63,184 nt of DNA, filler included, from Dicyema japonicum (GCA_011109175.1; 7 parts of 7 records of this genome joined end to end with filler, not necessarily neighbours in it), one strand, 5' to 3'; shown: positions 9,575 to 23,919, counted from the first letter of the whole stretch. Numbers and translations are program-made. Notes: a model not told the origin generated them from the letters alone.

Positions 9575-12500
9575 CTAAAAACATGTGTTTTATCATTTTT
9601 GACTGTTGAAATGTAAATATAATTTGTTGGTTGAAACGTTTAATGAAGATGCGAATATTTATTTGTTTTGTCTAAAAAGCCATTAAATTTCAAGTTAGCC
9701 AGCATTAACACATTAGTCTAAAATTTCAGATTATATGCAGTGTTAATTCTCTAATGAATAACTCTAGATCTTATATTACACAGAAAAATAAAGAGATTCC
9801 AATATTATAAAAATCCTAAAAATCAGATAAGGAAACATCCCCCAAACACTGAAATATTTTCAAAGCTGTCGACGTCAGTATCAGTTTCGCTTACTGAGAA
9901 TGGATATCTGATTACATTTAATATTTTAGAATACAGATCATTTTCAGATGTTAGTTGATTGTTTTCCTCTTGAAAGTATCTGTAAATTTTAAAAATCGTT
10001 TTATATACAATTTATCCTCTGTTCTATATCACATTTGATACGCTTCTTGACCAACAAAAATAATTTTTGATTTTAAAATTTGATTTTTCTATTTAACTCA
10101 GGGTCGAAAGTGGAAAAATAATTTTTTAATATTAAAACAAATTATAATTATATTAAATAAAATCCTAATAATTATGATTTTTTGAAATTTTTTCATCTTT
10201 TGACAATTCCTTAAATTCATTAATTTCATAATATGTTAGATTTACTGTTTTTTTGAGTATCTGATTCATTTTAAAATTAAAAATTTCTCAAAGTTTAACG
10301 TTTCTAAATATGCCAGTTTGTAATTCACAATGAAATGAGTGGTACACAATAATGATGGATTCATCGACGGGAAACCATATTTCAAAATTAAATTTAAATT
10401 ATATTTAATTTGATACAATCTAAATTCTTTTTATTTTTTATTAGGTCCGTTTGTCCCGAATTTTGATTAAACAGTTAAAAATTAAGTATTCTACTCAAAT
10501 TTAATTAGAAGACAAATTTCATTTTTGCGGGGTATAAGAAATAGAATATGTTTTTAACAAGTCTAATAAAACTTTTAACACATCTGCACTCATTTCCTTA
10601 ATGTTTTTTGTACTACGCCAGTTCTAAGAACTAACTCAAAAACTAAATCATTAATTAATATTATATAACGACTGTGATCAACGTCTGAGACCTTACACTC
10701 TTTCTAATGTTTCTTTACCTCGCGTTACAGAATCTGTAAATTTTGAATGCTAAGGTAATACATAAATTTTGATTTATTTAGATATAATTCAATAATCATA
10801 TATTTGATTGTTTGTTGTCCCAATACTCGATTTATGATCGGTTATAATTTTTTTAAAGGGGGAGATTGCCAACAATATAATTTTTTAAGGGGGAAAGTGG
10901 CAAACAATGACACAATATTCCTTGGAAAGTCGATCATGGATATCGATGTGTTCACAGTTGTGAATTTAAGTTAAATGAGATTCACAATTCTAAAACATGT
11001 GTTTTTTATCATTTTTGACTGTTGAAATGTAAATAGAATTTGTTGGTTGAAACGTTTAATGAAGATGCGAATATTTATTTGTTTTGTCTAAAAAAGCCAT
11101 TAAATTTCAAGTTAGCCAGCATTAACACATTAGTCTAAAATTTCAGATTATATGCAGTGTTAATTCTCTAATGAATAACTCTAGATCTTATATAACACAG
11201 AAAAATAAAGAGATTCCAATATTATAAAAATCCTAAAAATCAGATAAGGAAACATCCCCAACACTGAAATATTTTCAAAGCTGTCGACGTCAGTATCAGT
11301 TTTCGCTTACTGAGAATGGATATCTGATTACATTTAATATTTTAGAATACAGATCATTTTCAGATGTAAGTTGATTGTTTTCCTCTTGAAAGTTTCTGTA
11401 AATTTTAAAAATCGTTTTATATACAATTTATCCTCTGTTCTATATCGCATTTGATTCGCTTCTTGACCACAAAAATAATTTTTGATCTTAAAATATGATT
11501 ATTATATTCCACTCAGGGTCGAAAGTTGAAAATCAATTTTTTTAATATTAAAAAAAATTATAATTTATATTGAATAAATCCTAATACTTATGATTTTTTG
11601 AAAATTTTCATCTTTTGACAATTCCTTAAATTCATTCATTTCATAATATGTTAGATTTACTTTTTTTGAGTATCTGATTCATTTTAAAATTAAAAATTTC
11701 TAAAAGTTTAACGTTTATAAATATGCCTGTTTGTATTTCACAATGAAAGGAGTGGTACACAATTATGATAGATTTATCGACGGGAAACTATATTTCAAAA
11801 TTAAATTTAAATTATATTTAATTTGATACAATCTAAATTCTTTTTATTTTTTATTAGGTCCGTTTGTCCCCGAATTTTGATTAAACAGTTAAAAATTAAG
11901 TATTCTACTCAAATTTAAATAGAAAGACAAATTTCATTTTGCCTGGGCATACGAAAAAGAATATTTTTTTAACAAGTCTAATAAAACTTTTAACACATCT
12001 GCACTCATTTCCTTAATGTTTTTTGTACTACGCCAGTTCTAAGAACTAACTCAAAAACTTAAATCATTAATTAATATTATATAACGACTGTGATCAACGT
12101 CTGAGACCTTACACTCTTTCTAATGTTTCTTTACCTCGCGTTACAGAATTTGTAAATTTTGAATGCTAAGGCAATACATAAATTTTGATTTATTTAGATA
12201 TAATTCAATAATCATATATTTGATTGTTTGTTGTCCCAATACTCGATTTATGATCGGTTATAATTTTTTTAAAGGGGGAGATTGCCAACAATATAATTTT
12301 TTAAGGGGAAAGTGGCAAACAATGACACAATATTCTTGGAAAGTCGATCATGGATATCGATGTGTTCACAGTTGTGAATTTAGGTTAAATGAGATTCACA
12401 ATTCTAAAACATGTGTTTTTATCATTTTTGACTGTTGAAATGTAAATAGAATTTGTTGGTTGAAACGTTTAATGAAGATGCGAATATTTATTTGTTTGTC

Positions 12501-15500
12501 TAAAAAGCCATTAAATTTCAAGTTAGCCAGCATTAACACATTAGTCTAAAATTTCAGATTATATGCAGTGTTAATTCTCTAATGAATAACACTAGATCTT
12601 ATATAACACAGAAAAATAAAGAGATTCCAATATTATAAAATCCTAAAAATCAGATAAGGAAGCATCCCCCAAACACTGAAATATTTTCAAAAGCTGTCGA
12701 CGTCAGTATCAGTTTCGCTTACTGAGAATGGATATCTGATTACATTTAATATTTTAGAATACAGATCATTTTCAGATGTAAGTTGATTGTTTTCCTCTTG
12801 AAAGTTTGTAAATTTTAAAAATCGTTTTATATACAATTTATCCTCTGTTCTATATCGCATTTGATTCGCTTCTTGACCACAAAAATAATTTTTGATCTTA
12901 AAATATGATTATTATATTCCACTCAGGGTCGAAAGTTGAAAATCAATTTTTTTAATATTAAAAAAAATTATAATTTATATTAAATAAAATCCTAATAATT
13001 ATGATTTTTTGAAAATTTTCATCTTTTGACAATTCATTAAATTCATTAATTCCATAATATGTTAGATTTACTTTTTTTAGTATCTGATTCATTTTGAAAT
13101 TAAAAATTTCTAAAAGTTTAACGTTTCTAAATATGCCAGTTTGTATTTCACACTGAAAGGAGTGGTACACAATAATGATGGATTCATCGACGGGATATTA
13201 TATTTCAAAATTAAATTTAAATTATATTTAATTTGATACAATCTAAATTCTTTTTATTTTTTATTAGGTCCGTTTGTCCCCGAATTTTGATTAAACAGTT
13301 AAAAATTAAGTATTCTACTCAAATTTAATTAGAAAGACAAATTTCATTTTGCCGGGGTATAAGAAATAGAATATTTTTTTAACAAGTCTAATAAAACTTT
13401 TAACACATCTGCACTCATTTCCTTAATGTTTTTTGTACTACGCCAGTTCTAAGAACTAACTCAAAAACTTAAATCATTAATTAATATTATATAACGACTG
13501 TGATCAACCTCTGAGACCTTACACTCTTTCTAATGTTTCTTTACCTCGCGTTACAGAATTTGTAAATTTTGAATGCTAAGGCAATACATAAATTTTTGAT
13601 TTATTTAGATATAATGCATATAATCATATATTTGATTGTTTGTTGTCCCAATACTCGATTTATGATCGGTTATAATTTTTTAAAGGGGGAGAATGCCAAA
13701 CAATATAATTTTTTAAGGGGAAAGTGGCAAACAATGACACAAAAATCCTTGTAAAGTTGATCAAGGATATCGAGATGTTCACAGTTGTGAATTTCAGTTT
13801 AATGGGATCAAAAATGCTAAAACATGTGTTTTTATCCTTTGTGACTGTTGAAATGTAAATAGAATTTGTTGTTGAAATGTTTAATGAAGATGAGCATATT
13901 TATTTATTTTAACTAAAAAGCCATTAAATTTCAAATTAGCCAACATTAACACATTCGTCTAAAATTTCAGATTATATCCAGTGATAATTCTCTAATTAAT
14001 AACTCTAGATCATATATAAAACAGAAAATTATTGAGATTCCAATATTATACAAATGCTAAAAATCAGATAAGGAAGTATCCCCAAATACTGAAATTGTTT
14101 CAATGCTGTCGACATCGGTATCAGTTTCGCTTTCTGAGAATAGATATCTTACTACATTCAATATTTTTAGAATACAGATCATCTTCAGATGTAAGCTGAT
14201 TGTTTTCCTCTTGAACGTTACTGTAAATTTATAAATCGTTTTATACAATTTATCCATTGTATTATCTAACATTTGATTCTCTTCTAGACAACAAAAATAA
14301 TTTTTGATTTTAAAATTTGATTTTTATAATTAACTCAGGGTCGAAAGTTAAAAAATAATTTTTTTTCAAATATTAAAACAAATTATAATTCATATTAAAT
14401 AAAATCCTAATAATTTGGATTTTTTGAAAAATTTCATCTTTTGACAATTCTTTAAATTTATTGATTTCATGAAATGTTAGATTTACTGTTTTTTGAGTAT
14501 CCCATTCATCTTAAAATTAAAAATTTTCTAAAAGTTTAACGTTTCTAAATATGCCAGTTTGTATTTCACAATGAAAGGAGTGGTACACAATTATGATAGA
14601 TTTATCGACGGGAAACCATATTTCAAAATTAAATTTAAATTATATTTAATTTGATACAATCTAAATTCTTTTTATTTTTATTAGGACCGTTTGTCCCGAA
14701 TTTTGATTAAACAGTTAAAAATTAAGTATTCTACTCAAATTTAATTAGAAAGACAAATTTCATTTTGCCGGGGTATAAGAAATAGAATATGTTTTTAACA
14801 AGTCTAATAAAACTTTTTAACACATCTGCACTCATTTCCTTAATGTTTTTTGTACTACGCCAGTTCTAAGAAACTAACTCAAAAACTTAAATCATTAATT
14901 AATATTATATAACGACTGTGATCAACCTCTGAGACCTTACACTCTTTCTAATGTTTCTTTACCTCGCGTTACAGAATTGGTTACATTTTGAATGCTAAGG
15001 CAATACATAAATTTTGATTTATTTAGATATAATGCAAATAATCATATATTTGATTGTTTGTTGTCCCAATACTCGATTTATAATCGGTTATAATTTTTTA
15101 AAGGGGGAGATTGCCAACAATATAATTTTTAAGGGGGAAAGTGGCAAACAATGACACAATATTCCTTAGAAAGTCGATCATGGATATCGATTTGTTCACA
15201 GTTGTGAATTTAGGTTAAATGAGATTCACAATTCTAAAACATGTGTTTTTATCATTTTTGATGTTGAAATGTAAATATAATTTGTTGGTTGAAACGTTTA
15301 ATGAAGATGCGAATATTTATTTGTTTTGTCTAAAGAGCCATTAAATTTCAAGTTAGCCAGCATTAACACATTAGTCTAAAATTTCAGATTATATGCAATG
15401 TTAATTCTCTTATGAATAACTCTAGATCTTATATAACACAGAAAAATAAAGAGATTCCAATATTATAAAAATCCTAAAAATCAGATAAGGAAGTATCCCC

Positions 15501-18013
15501 AAACACTGAAATTGTTTCAATGCTGTCGACGTCAGTATCAGTTTCGCTTACTGAGAATGGATATCTTATTACATTTAATATTTTAGAATACAGATCATTT
15601 TCAGATGTAAGTTAATTGTTTTCCTCTTGAAAGTTTCTGTAAATTTTAAAAATCGTTTTATATACAATTTATCCTCTGTTCTATATCGCATTTGATTCGC
15701 TTCTTGACCACAAAAATAATTTTTGATCTTAAAATATGATTATTATATTCCACTCAGGGTCGAAAGTTGAAAATCAATTTTTTAATATTAAAAAAAATTA
15801 TAATTTATATTAAATAAAATCCTAATAATTATGATTTTTTGAAAATTTTCATCTTTTGACAATTCTTTAAATTCATTCATTTCATAATATGTTAGATTTA
15901 CTGTTTTTTGAGTATCTGATTCATTTTGAAATTAAAAATTTCTAAAAGTTTAGCGTTTCTAAATATCCCAGTTTGTATTTCACAATGAAAAGAGTGGTAC
16001 ACAATAATGATGGATTCATCGACGGGGAACCATATTTCAAAATTAAATTTAAATTATATTTAATTTGATTACAATCTAAATTCTTTTTATTTTTTATTAG
16101 GACCGTTTGTCCCGAATTTTGATTAAACAGTTAAAAATTAAGTATTCTACTCAAATTTAATTAGAAAGACAAATTTCATTTTGCCGGGGTATAAGAAATA
16201 GAATATGTTTTTAACAAGTCTAATAAAACTTTTAACACATCTGCACTCATTTCATTAATGTTTTTTTGTACTACGCCAGTTCTAAGAACTAACTCAAAAA
16301 CGTAAATCATTAATTAATATTAATATAACGACTGTGATCAACCTCTGAGACCTTACACTCTTTCTAATGTTTCTTTTACCTCGCGTTACAGAATTTGTAC
16401 ATTTTGAATGCTAAGGCAATACATAAATTTTGATTTATTTAGATATAATGCAATAATCATATATTTGATTGTTTGTTGTCCCAATACTCGATTTATGATC
16501 GGTTATAATTTTTTAAAGGGGAGATTGCCAACAATATAATTTTTTAAGGGGAAAGTGGCAAACAATGACACAATATTCCTTGAAAGTCGATCATGGATAT
16601 CGATGTGTTCACAGTTGTGAATTTAGGTTAAATGAGATTCACAATTCTAATACATGTGTTTTTATCATTTTTGACTGTTGAAATGTAAATATAATTTGTT
16701 GGTTGAAACGTTTAATGAAGATGCGAATATTTATTTGTTTTGTCTAAAAAGCCATTAAATTTCAAGTTAGCCAGCATTAACACATTAGTCTAAAATTTCA
16801 GATTATATGCAGTGTTTAATTCTCTAATGAATAACTCTAGATCTTATATAACACAGAAAAATAAAGAGATTCCAATATTATAAAAATCCTAAAAATCAGA
16901 TAAGGAAACATCCCCCAAACACTGAAATATTTTCAAAGCTGTCGACGTCAGTATCAGTTTCGCTTACTGAGAATGGATATCTGATTACATTTAATATTTT
17001 AGAAATACAGATCATTTTCAGATGTAAGTTGATTGTTTTCCTCTTGAAAGTTTCTGTAAATTTAAAAATCGTTTTATATACAATTTATCCTCTGTTCTAT
17101 ATCGCATTTTGATTCGCTTCTTGACCACAAAAATAATTTTGATCTTAAAATATGATTATTATATTCCACTCAGGGTCGAAAGTTGAAATCAATTTTTTTT
17201 AATATTAAAAAAAATTATAATTTATATTAAATAAATCCTAATTAATTTTTTTGAAAATTTTCATCTTTTGACAATTCCTTAAATTCATTCATTTCATAAT
17301 ATGTTAGATTTACTGTTTTTTGAGTATCTGATTCATTTTGAAATTAAAAATTTCTAAGTTTAACGTTTCTAAATATGCCAGTTTGTATTTCACAATGAAA
17401 GGAGTGGTACACAATTATGATAGATTTATCGACGGGGAACCATATTTCAAAATTAAATTTAAATTATATTTAATTTGATACAATCTAAATTCTTTTTATT
17501 TTTTATTAGGACCGTTTGTCCCCGAATTTTGAATTAAACAGTTAAAAATTAAGTATTCTACTCAAATTTAATTAGAAAGACAAATTTCATTTTGCCGGGG
17601 TATAAGAAATAGAATATTTTTTTAACAAGTCTAATAAAACTTTTAACACATCTGCACTCATTTCCTTAATGTTTTTTGTACTACGCCAGTTCTAAGAACT
17701 AACTCAAAAACGTAAATCATTAATTAATATTATATAACGACTGTGAACAACCCTCTGAGACCTTACACTCTTTCTAATGTTTCTTTACCTCGCGTTACAG
17801 AATTTGTACATTTTGAATGCTAAGGCAATACATAAATTTTGATTTATTTAGATATAATGCAATAATCATATATTTGATTGTTTGTTGTCCCAATACTCGA
17901 TTTATGATCGGTTATAATTTTTTAAAGGGGGAGATTGCCAACAATATAATTTTTTAAGGGGAAATGGCAAACAATGACACAATATTCCTGGAAAGTCGAT
18001 CATGATATCGATG
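9575..18013. repeat. Tandem array of six ~1414-bp units
   Basis: Unit anchor CTAAAACATGTG (variable) at 9575, 10990, 12404, 13817, 15234, 16647; copies highly similar, with the segment around the start of unit 4 the most diverged; array cut by linkers at both ends. Confidence 0.97.
16844..17107 (-). CDS. Putative small acidic protein encoded in each 1.41-kb unit (model shown for unit 6; may be the 3' part of a longer gene)
   Basis: Exons 17082-17107, 17009-17053, 16923-16980, 16844-16888; introns 28, 28, 34 nt. Product MRYRTEDKLNFQEENNQLTSENDLYPFSVSETDTDVDSFENISDFYNIGISLFFCVI (57 aa). Exon 1 and 2 lengths are fixed in units 4, 5 and 6 while intron lengths vary. Confidence 0.5.
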
Positions 18014-18289
18014 NNNNNNNNNNNNNNNNNNNNNNNNNNNNNNNNNNNNNNNNNNNNTTAATTAATTAANNNNNNNNNNNNNNNNNNNNNNNNNNNNNNN
18101 NNNNNNNNNNNNNATTAAAATTTTGATGGCCTTGAGGTGGTCTTTCTAAACCGGTGATTGTCCGGTACAGAGGGACAAGTATCGTTAACATATAAAGGCT
18201 CTATCTACAGATCAAGATGATGTTTGACATTGTGGCAAAATGCAATAATTCTGATTGCAAAGTTTTGGTTAGTGAGGTAAATTTTTATT

Positions 18290-18760
18290 AAAAAATTCAT
18301 TTAAGATCCTGTTCAGAGCCACGGGTAGAGTGACTCTGGGTCTTCCTCTGAACGGTAGTTTGTTCTCATTGTTAAAGTAATTGTCCATCATTATATTTGC
18401 AGCGGCGTTTATGTCCATTCTAAGCACGTGCCCAACAATCTCTATCTTGATTCAATAATGTCAATAGTGAACTCAATGATATTTTTAAAAACTACTTATT
18501 GTCTTTTCTTTCCTATGTAATTCTTATTATCGTCCTTGTCATTTTATTAATTCACTAATCTGTGCGTTCCGATGTTTGAAGAAGATCCACAATTAAAAAA
18601 AACATTTTATTGACAAAAAAAGATTTAAATAATTGCGTTTGTGTTCCACTAAAACGGCAATCCCGATTCGTTGTCTTAGCCAGAAAGAATCGCAGGTTTT
18701 TATTTCGGCTTATTTTGTAGGGGAACCATTTCAAAAACAAGTCCATTTAGATGGGGGAGA
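18290..18760 (-). mobile_element. RTE-like LINE, 3' fragment
   Basis: GHVLRMDINAAANIMMDNYF...FRGRPRVTLPVALNR, the post-RT C-terminal motif of RTE-group ORF2. Confidence 0.65.
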
Positions 18761-18949
18761 AAAGAGGTTCTTTTGTTACAATTTGTAATGGGTGACAACT
18801 GTTCCAGTGAGGCATATGACACCACGCAACCTCACCTTAAGATTTTTTAAAGTGGATATTTTCCCAATCAGAGTAATGCTTGTGTAACTTGCATAGTCAA
18901 ACTTTTTTGAGTATCGTTTTTTTACCCATACAACAAACTTCAGCAAATT

Positions 18950-19800
18950 TTACTAACAAGCAAATCAAAGAGGTTATTAGTTACAAACTCTACAATCATC
19001 ACATTAAAGAGATCCAGACAGCTTGCACTTCTACAGAAACTGAAGCGTAGTATGTTCCTCCAGCTTTTAAATACTCTGGCAATGTCATTTTTATTAATAT
19101 CTCATTTTTTTGTCTACTTGAAGAAAAGAAATGGGAGCGAGACTAGCTGGATGCTCTCTCATGTCCCTCCTAATGGACTTTTTTGGACGATGACTTTATT
19201 TGGATTTGGATCGCACAGCCCCTGGAAGTTGATATTTGCGTCGAATACCAATGTCGTTATAGAGGGATCGTCGATGTCAAAGGGCTGCATTCGCTTTCGT
19301 GCAAAACGAGTGCTGGCAGAGCTCCCTGCCATGCTCATATGAACAACATTGTCATGCGTGCTCTTGAAGCTGCAGGCTTCCCGACAATGCTGGAGCCCAT
19401 GGGATTGAATCGCGGAAACGGGCAAAGATCGGATTAGATAACTGTTTTTCCGTTCCATAATGCAAAATGCTCGTATGGTACTGCACTGTTCTGGATTCTT
19501 TCTCGAACTCGATGATAATCAGCTCAGCGCAGCCTACTGGATCGGCAGCATAACTGGTCGAGAATATAAAGATTAAAAAATCTGGTGAAATTGAAACCGC
19601 TTTCGTTTTGTACCAGTGACAATCGAGACGTCTGGTGCTTCGAGATGTATCACAGCCTCTTTCCTGAAGGAAACAGGGGAAATTGGCACACTGAACGAAA
19701 GACGTGCGGGAAGCGGTCTGGCTGAGGCAACGGATTGGGATCGCAGTTGCTTTCGGTAACGCTTACTCCGTATTGTCTGCAGCCGCTCTCCCCCATAGTT
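18950..19800 (+). mobile_element. CRE-like non-LTR retrotransposon, 3' region (zinc knuckle plus restriction-like endonuclease), degenerate
   Basis: GLHSLSCKTSAGRAPCHAHMN, LEPMGLNRGNGQRSD and terminal WLRQRIGIAVAFGNAYSVL motifs across frameshifts. Confidence 0.7.
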
Positions 19801-19959
19801 AATAAATAATATTTTATTGTTAAATATAACATATTAACTTTTAAATTATCTGATCTTAGGCAGTTAGAAAAAATAAACAATCCACTTTAATACTTAAATT
19901 TATAATTTTATAATAAAATTAATTAACGATTATTATTATTAGATAATTAGGAAAAACAT

Positions 19960-22200
19960 GCAACGTGCTTTCGATTCGGTGGCGTTAAAACTCTCTCTAG
20001 TTGGCAAAAATGTTGAAAGGAAAAAAAGGAGAAGGGTCACTTGCGTTACCTGATGGAATGCATGTAATTCTTGCCATATCCGAGAGCGTTGTGGCAGATG
20101 ACCAAAAGAATGGGCGAGTCAGGTAGTCCTGCAGGTACGTAGCAGGCTATCTCGAATGCCCTGGAATGGTTGGCCACACTTGGCGGAGCTCGGCAGTGGC
20201 AGATTCAGTACTGCTATATCTGTGAGTGAACTCAAGAAAATGGCTGTAGGTAAAGAGGGTACTGGTCTATAGGGGCGAGGACCAGGTGACCACAACTGTC
20301 AAAGAGAGCACGAGCACCAGAACTGTGATACGTTGCAGGTCAAGCATTTTTATGAGGTCTTCGCGCGGAATCTCGCTGCAGCGGCAGATGTCCCACTTGA
20401 GGACCGTAGATTTGCCGCAAGATTCCTCATTGTAAGGTTAACGATGTAGTGTTAACTCGCATCAATAAGGCTCTGGCTTATGCGTTGGAGGCTAAGCCAG
20501 TAGGGTCATTGGGTGACATCTCCCTAGTGCTGTATGCAGCACAGATCTCCTATGAGGAATTGACGGACAAGCCCAGACCACCCAGTAAATGAAGGGAGCA
20601 GATCTGTGCCAAGATTGCTTGGAGACAGACTGAGATGGAAGCACTGGAGGGGCACATAAGTAGTGTGGCGAGAGGGGTTAGAGGAAAAGCACCGGCTATA
20701 GTAAAGGGGCTAATTAGTGAACTCCATGTTCCCAAATGGGACCTCAAAGAGTTGAGGAGGGCAAAGGTGGAGTTAGAGGGGGCAATAATAGTGTATAAGA
20801 GGAAACTCTATACACATGAAAGTCGGTCGGTATAAGAAAAGGAGAGAAAATAATCTGTTTTAGTTTAATCGCAGATTGTTTACCGTCGCCTACACGAAAT
20901 TGGTCATATATTATGTTCCCAGCAGGACGCGGAAATGCTTTCCACATGGTGTAGTATGTGGAAGGATAAACCACGCAGAGGAAATGCGTGGAATGTCCCG
21001 CGCCGCTTTTTTCTTAGCGGAATCTTGCGGAATTTTCGATTTTCGCATGAAATTTAAGGCGGTAGTGAGACATCTCCCTGATTGGAAAATGATTGGGGTC
21101 GATAAAGTGTATAATTTTTTATCAAAAGATGCACTTCATTACACGAGTCTATGTGTCGTGTATTACAGAAAAGCATCACTAACCAGGAAACGATCCTATT
21201 GGGCATGCACAAAAACAACTTATTTGATCTTAAAGCTGGACAACCCCCTGCTGCAGATTATAGTCTGCTGCAGATTATCGACCGATAACCTGCATACCAA
21301 CCCTGTATAAACTCATGACCAAATTGGTGGCTAATGAGGTCAGGAGCTTTGTAGAAGCAAATGGGAATCAGTAAGGTACTGTGCGAAATTGTCAGGGGGC
21401 AAAAGAGCAGGCTTTGATCAACAAATGCCTTTCTGTGTCTCACGGAAACTCACTTTTGTCTATGTGGGTGGATGTGAAGAAGGCTTACGATTCAGTTGAT
21501 CATTCTTACCTTGTCGAGTGCCTACACAGTCTGTGTATGCCTGTGTGCTTCATCAGCTTTGTAGTGGCTGTGATGAATAGGTGGAGTATTCATCTGAACT
21601 ATAATAGGCACCGGATAGGCAAGTTAAAACTCAAGAGAAGATTCTTTAGGGGGATAGCATGTCTCCGCTACTCTTTGTTCTCTGTTTGAAGCTATTGAGT
21701 TGCCGCCTCAATGACCGGTTCAAGCAAATACCAGTTAATTGTGATGGGGTTTGTTTCAGTATAAATCACCTTCTTTTTATCGATGACCTGAAGATGTATG
21801 CTCGAACAGCCGAGGAGCTCTACTTCATGGGGGTCTGTGCCAGGGAATTTTTTGAGAGTATAGGACTAGATTTGAATTATTTACAGTCTGCGACGAACAC
21901 GCAAGTATGTAGCGAGTTAGTAAGAGTCCTAGAGGAACACGAAGGATATAAGTATCTGGGTGTTACCGAATCTTTAAAGTCCTTTATAATTCCTGAGAAA
22001 AAACGACAAATTACTGAAGTCATCCGTAAAAGAGCAGTGTTATTGTGTAAGACGTCTCTAAATGCAAGGAATTTGTTCCTAGCATTAAATGAATATGCTG
22101 TCTCGCTGCTAAACTACTACATAGGTGTTGTGGAGTTTGAATCCAAAGAGTATGATGAGATGGATGTCTACAAGTAGTTCGGTTTTGAATCCTTGCATGT
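19960..22200 (+). mobile_element. R4/Dong-like (RLE-type) non-LTR retrotransposon, degenerate RT
   Basis: LPDWKMIGVDKVYNF, GAKEQALINK, WVDVKKAYDSVDH, SPLLFVL, INHLLFIDDLK and GYKYLGV RT motifs in shifting frames. Confidence 0.88.
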
Positions 22201-23456
22201 AGTTCGGTTTTGGACGTCCTCCAGGGCGATGAAAAAATTTGACCTATTAAACATAAAAAGTCATTTTTTTCATTTGACCTATTTAACTTTTCATTAATAC
22301 TAAAAATCAATAATTTTTTAATTAATTTATTGTTAAATTTTAAAATAATTTTCATTTCACTTCATTCATCATTGACGTAAATTAAGAATTGCCAGCAATT
22401 TCTATGGAATTGTATTTACTAATTTAACCTATAAATCCATAACGGTTCTTTAAATATCAAGTGATCAACTTTAGTTTTTAAAGAATTATTAATTTAGAAG
22501 ATAATTAGGATGAAAGTAAAAAAATATCTATAAATTAAATATTAAAAAAATGGTTAATTTTAATGGTGGTTAACCAATTTAACAATAATACATCAGCTAT
22601 TGATATATATTTTTAGTGGTGTATTCTGTCATATTTTTGTTATTGAATTTAATCTGGCTGTTATCAAAATGATCGACGCTTAATTATTTTGGTATCTTCT
22701 AATCAAGCTGTATTCCTTCAATAACGAGAATTCTACGATTTAATATATTCACATACGATTTACTGACTTCATTATCGAAATTCTTATACAACAATCCAAT
22801 ATATTTATATCATTTTCTGAAAAACCAAATTGCGGACATCATTGTTATAATAGAATGTCGATTGTTCTTCCTTATATTAACAGAACACCTTTAATTGGGT
22901 CTAATATTGCTACAGATAATTCTATTGGCTTTAATTATATGAATTCAACTCACATCAGAAAAACTCGTGATTGCCCCGTAATGCTTGCGATTCCAAGTAA
23001 AATGTTTGGAGAATGTGATTATTATTTGATTTGTTTTTTAAGTATGTTAAAGATAAATTTTCCAATATCAAACCTTTCATCTGATCCTTTGGAGATCGAC
23101 GGGATAAGACCATCCTCTTTTGGTATTAAAATGCAGCTAATTCATATTCAATGGTTGAGTCAGTAACTTGATACTACTATAGTCTTATTCCTTTTCATTT
23201 CCATCGTATTTAATCCATCCAAGCAGTATGATGTTGCTTCAAATGGACGAACTACGTACGAAGATACTAATTTACGTGCCTTTATTTANNNNNNNNNNNN
23301 NNNNNNNNNNNNNNNNNNNNNNNNNNNNNNNNNNNNNNNNNNNNNNNNNNNNNNNNNNNNNNNNNNNNNNNNNNNNNNNNNNNNNNNNNNNNNNNNNNNN
23401 NNNNNNNNNNNNNAAAAAACATATTTAAACATAGTAAAAAACCGACTATATTTTAG

Positions 23457-23671
23457 ATGAAATAAGTTTTGAAGAACTAATATCTTCTAAAAGTACATTT
23501 GTAAAAAAACTTACGAAACATCAAATAATTGGAATCGTATGTGGAGTTGTCGGACTACTGTTGTCATTGATTCTATTTATAATACTTACTGGATTCATTG
23601 CCAATATTTATATCAAAATGAAATCCCGTAATAAATCACTTTTTACTGAGCCATTCCTTAAGTTAAGCTAA
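23457..23671 (+). CDS. Terminal exon of a single-pass membrane protein (TM plus short basic tail)
   Basis: TTTTAG acceptor, then DEISFEEL...HQIIGIVCGVVGLLLSLILFIILTGFIANIYIKMKSRNK...LKLS*. Upstream exons not resolved (gap 23289-23413). Confidence 0.5.
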
Positions 23672-23919
23672 TTATAATTCTCTTTCGATAAAATTGGGTT
23701 AATGGTTTAATTTATTTAAGTAATCACTTATCAATTCTCATGATGGCAGCTGAGATTAATCAATTATCGTGGTCCACTGCCAGATAATTTCTTTTAATTG
23801 TTTTCTGTTCCCTTATTTGATTCGATTTCATAAATTTTTTTTACATTAATATACAAAATTAAAATTAGACCATATAAATTTCATAGGACGTTATTCTCTG
23901 TTAATCTACTATTTTTAAG

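Noticed and set aside
9575-18013. 1.41-kb unit as 5S rDNA, snRNA, SL-RNA or histone repeat
   Set aside because: No recognisable 5S, U-snRNA or histone motifs found by eye; plus-strand ORFs show mostly replacement changes and stops.
22500-23288. Upstream exons for the TM protein (ORF 22855-23166)
   Set aside because: Several competing splice models on both strands; none could be supported.
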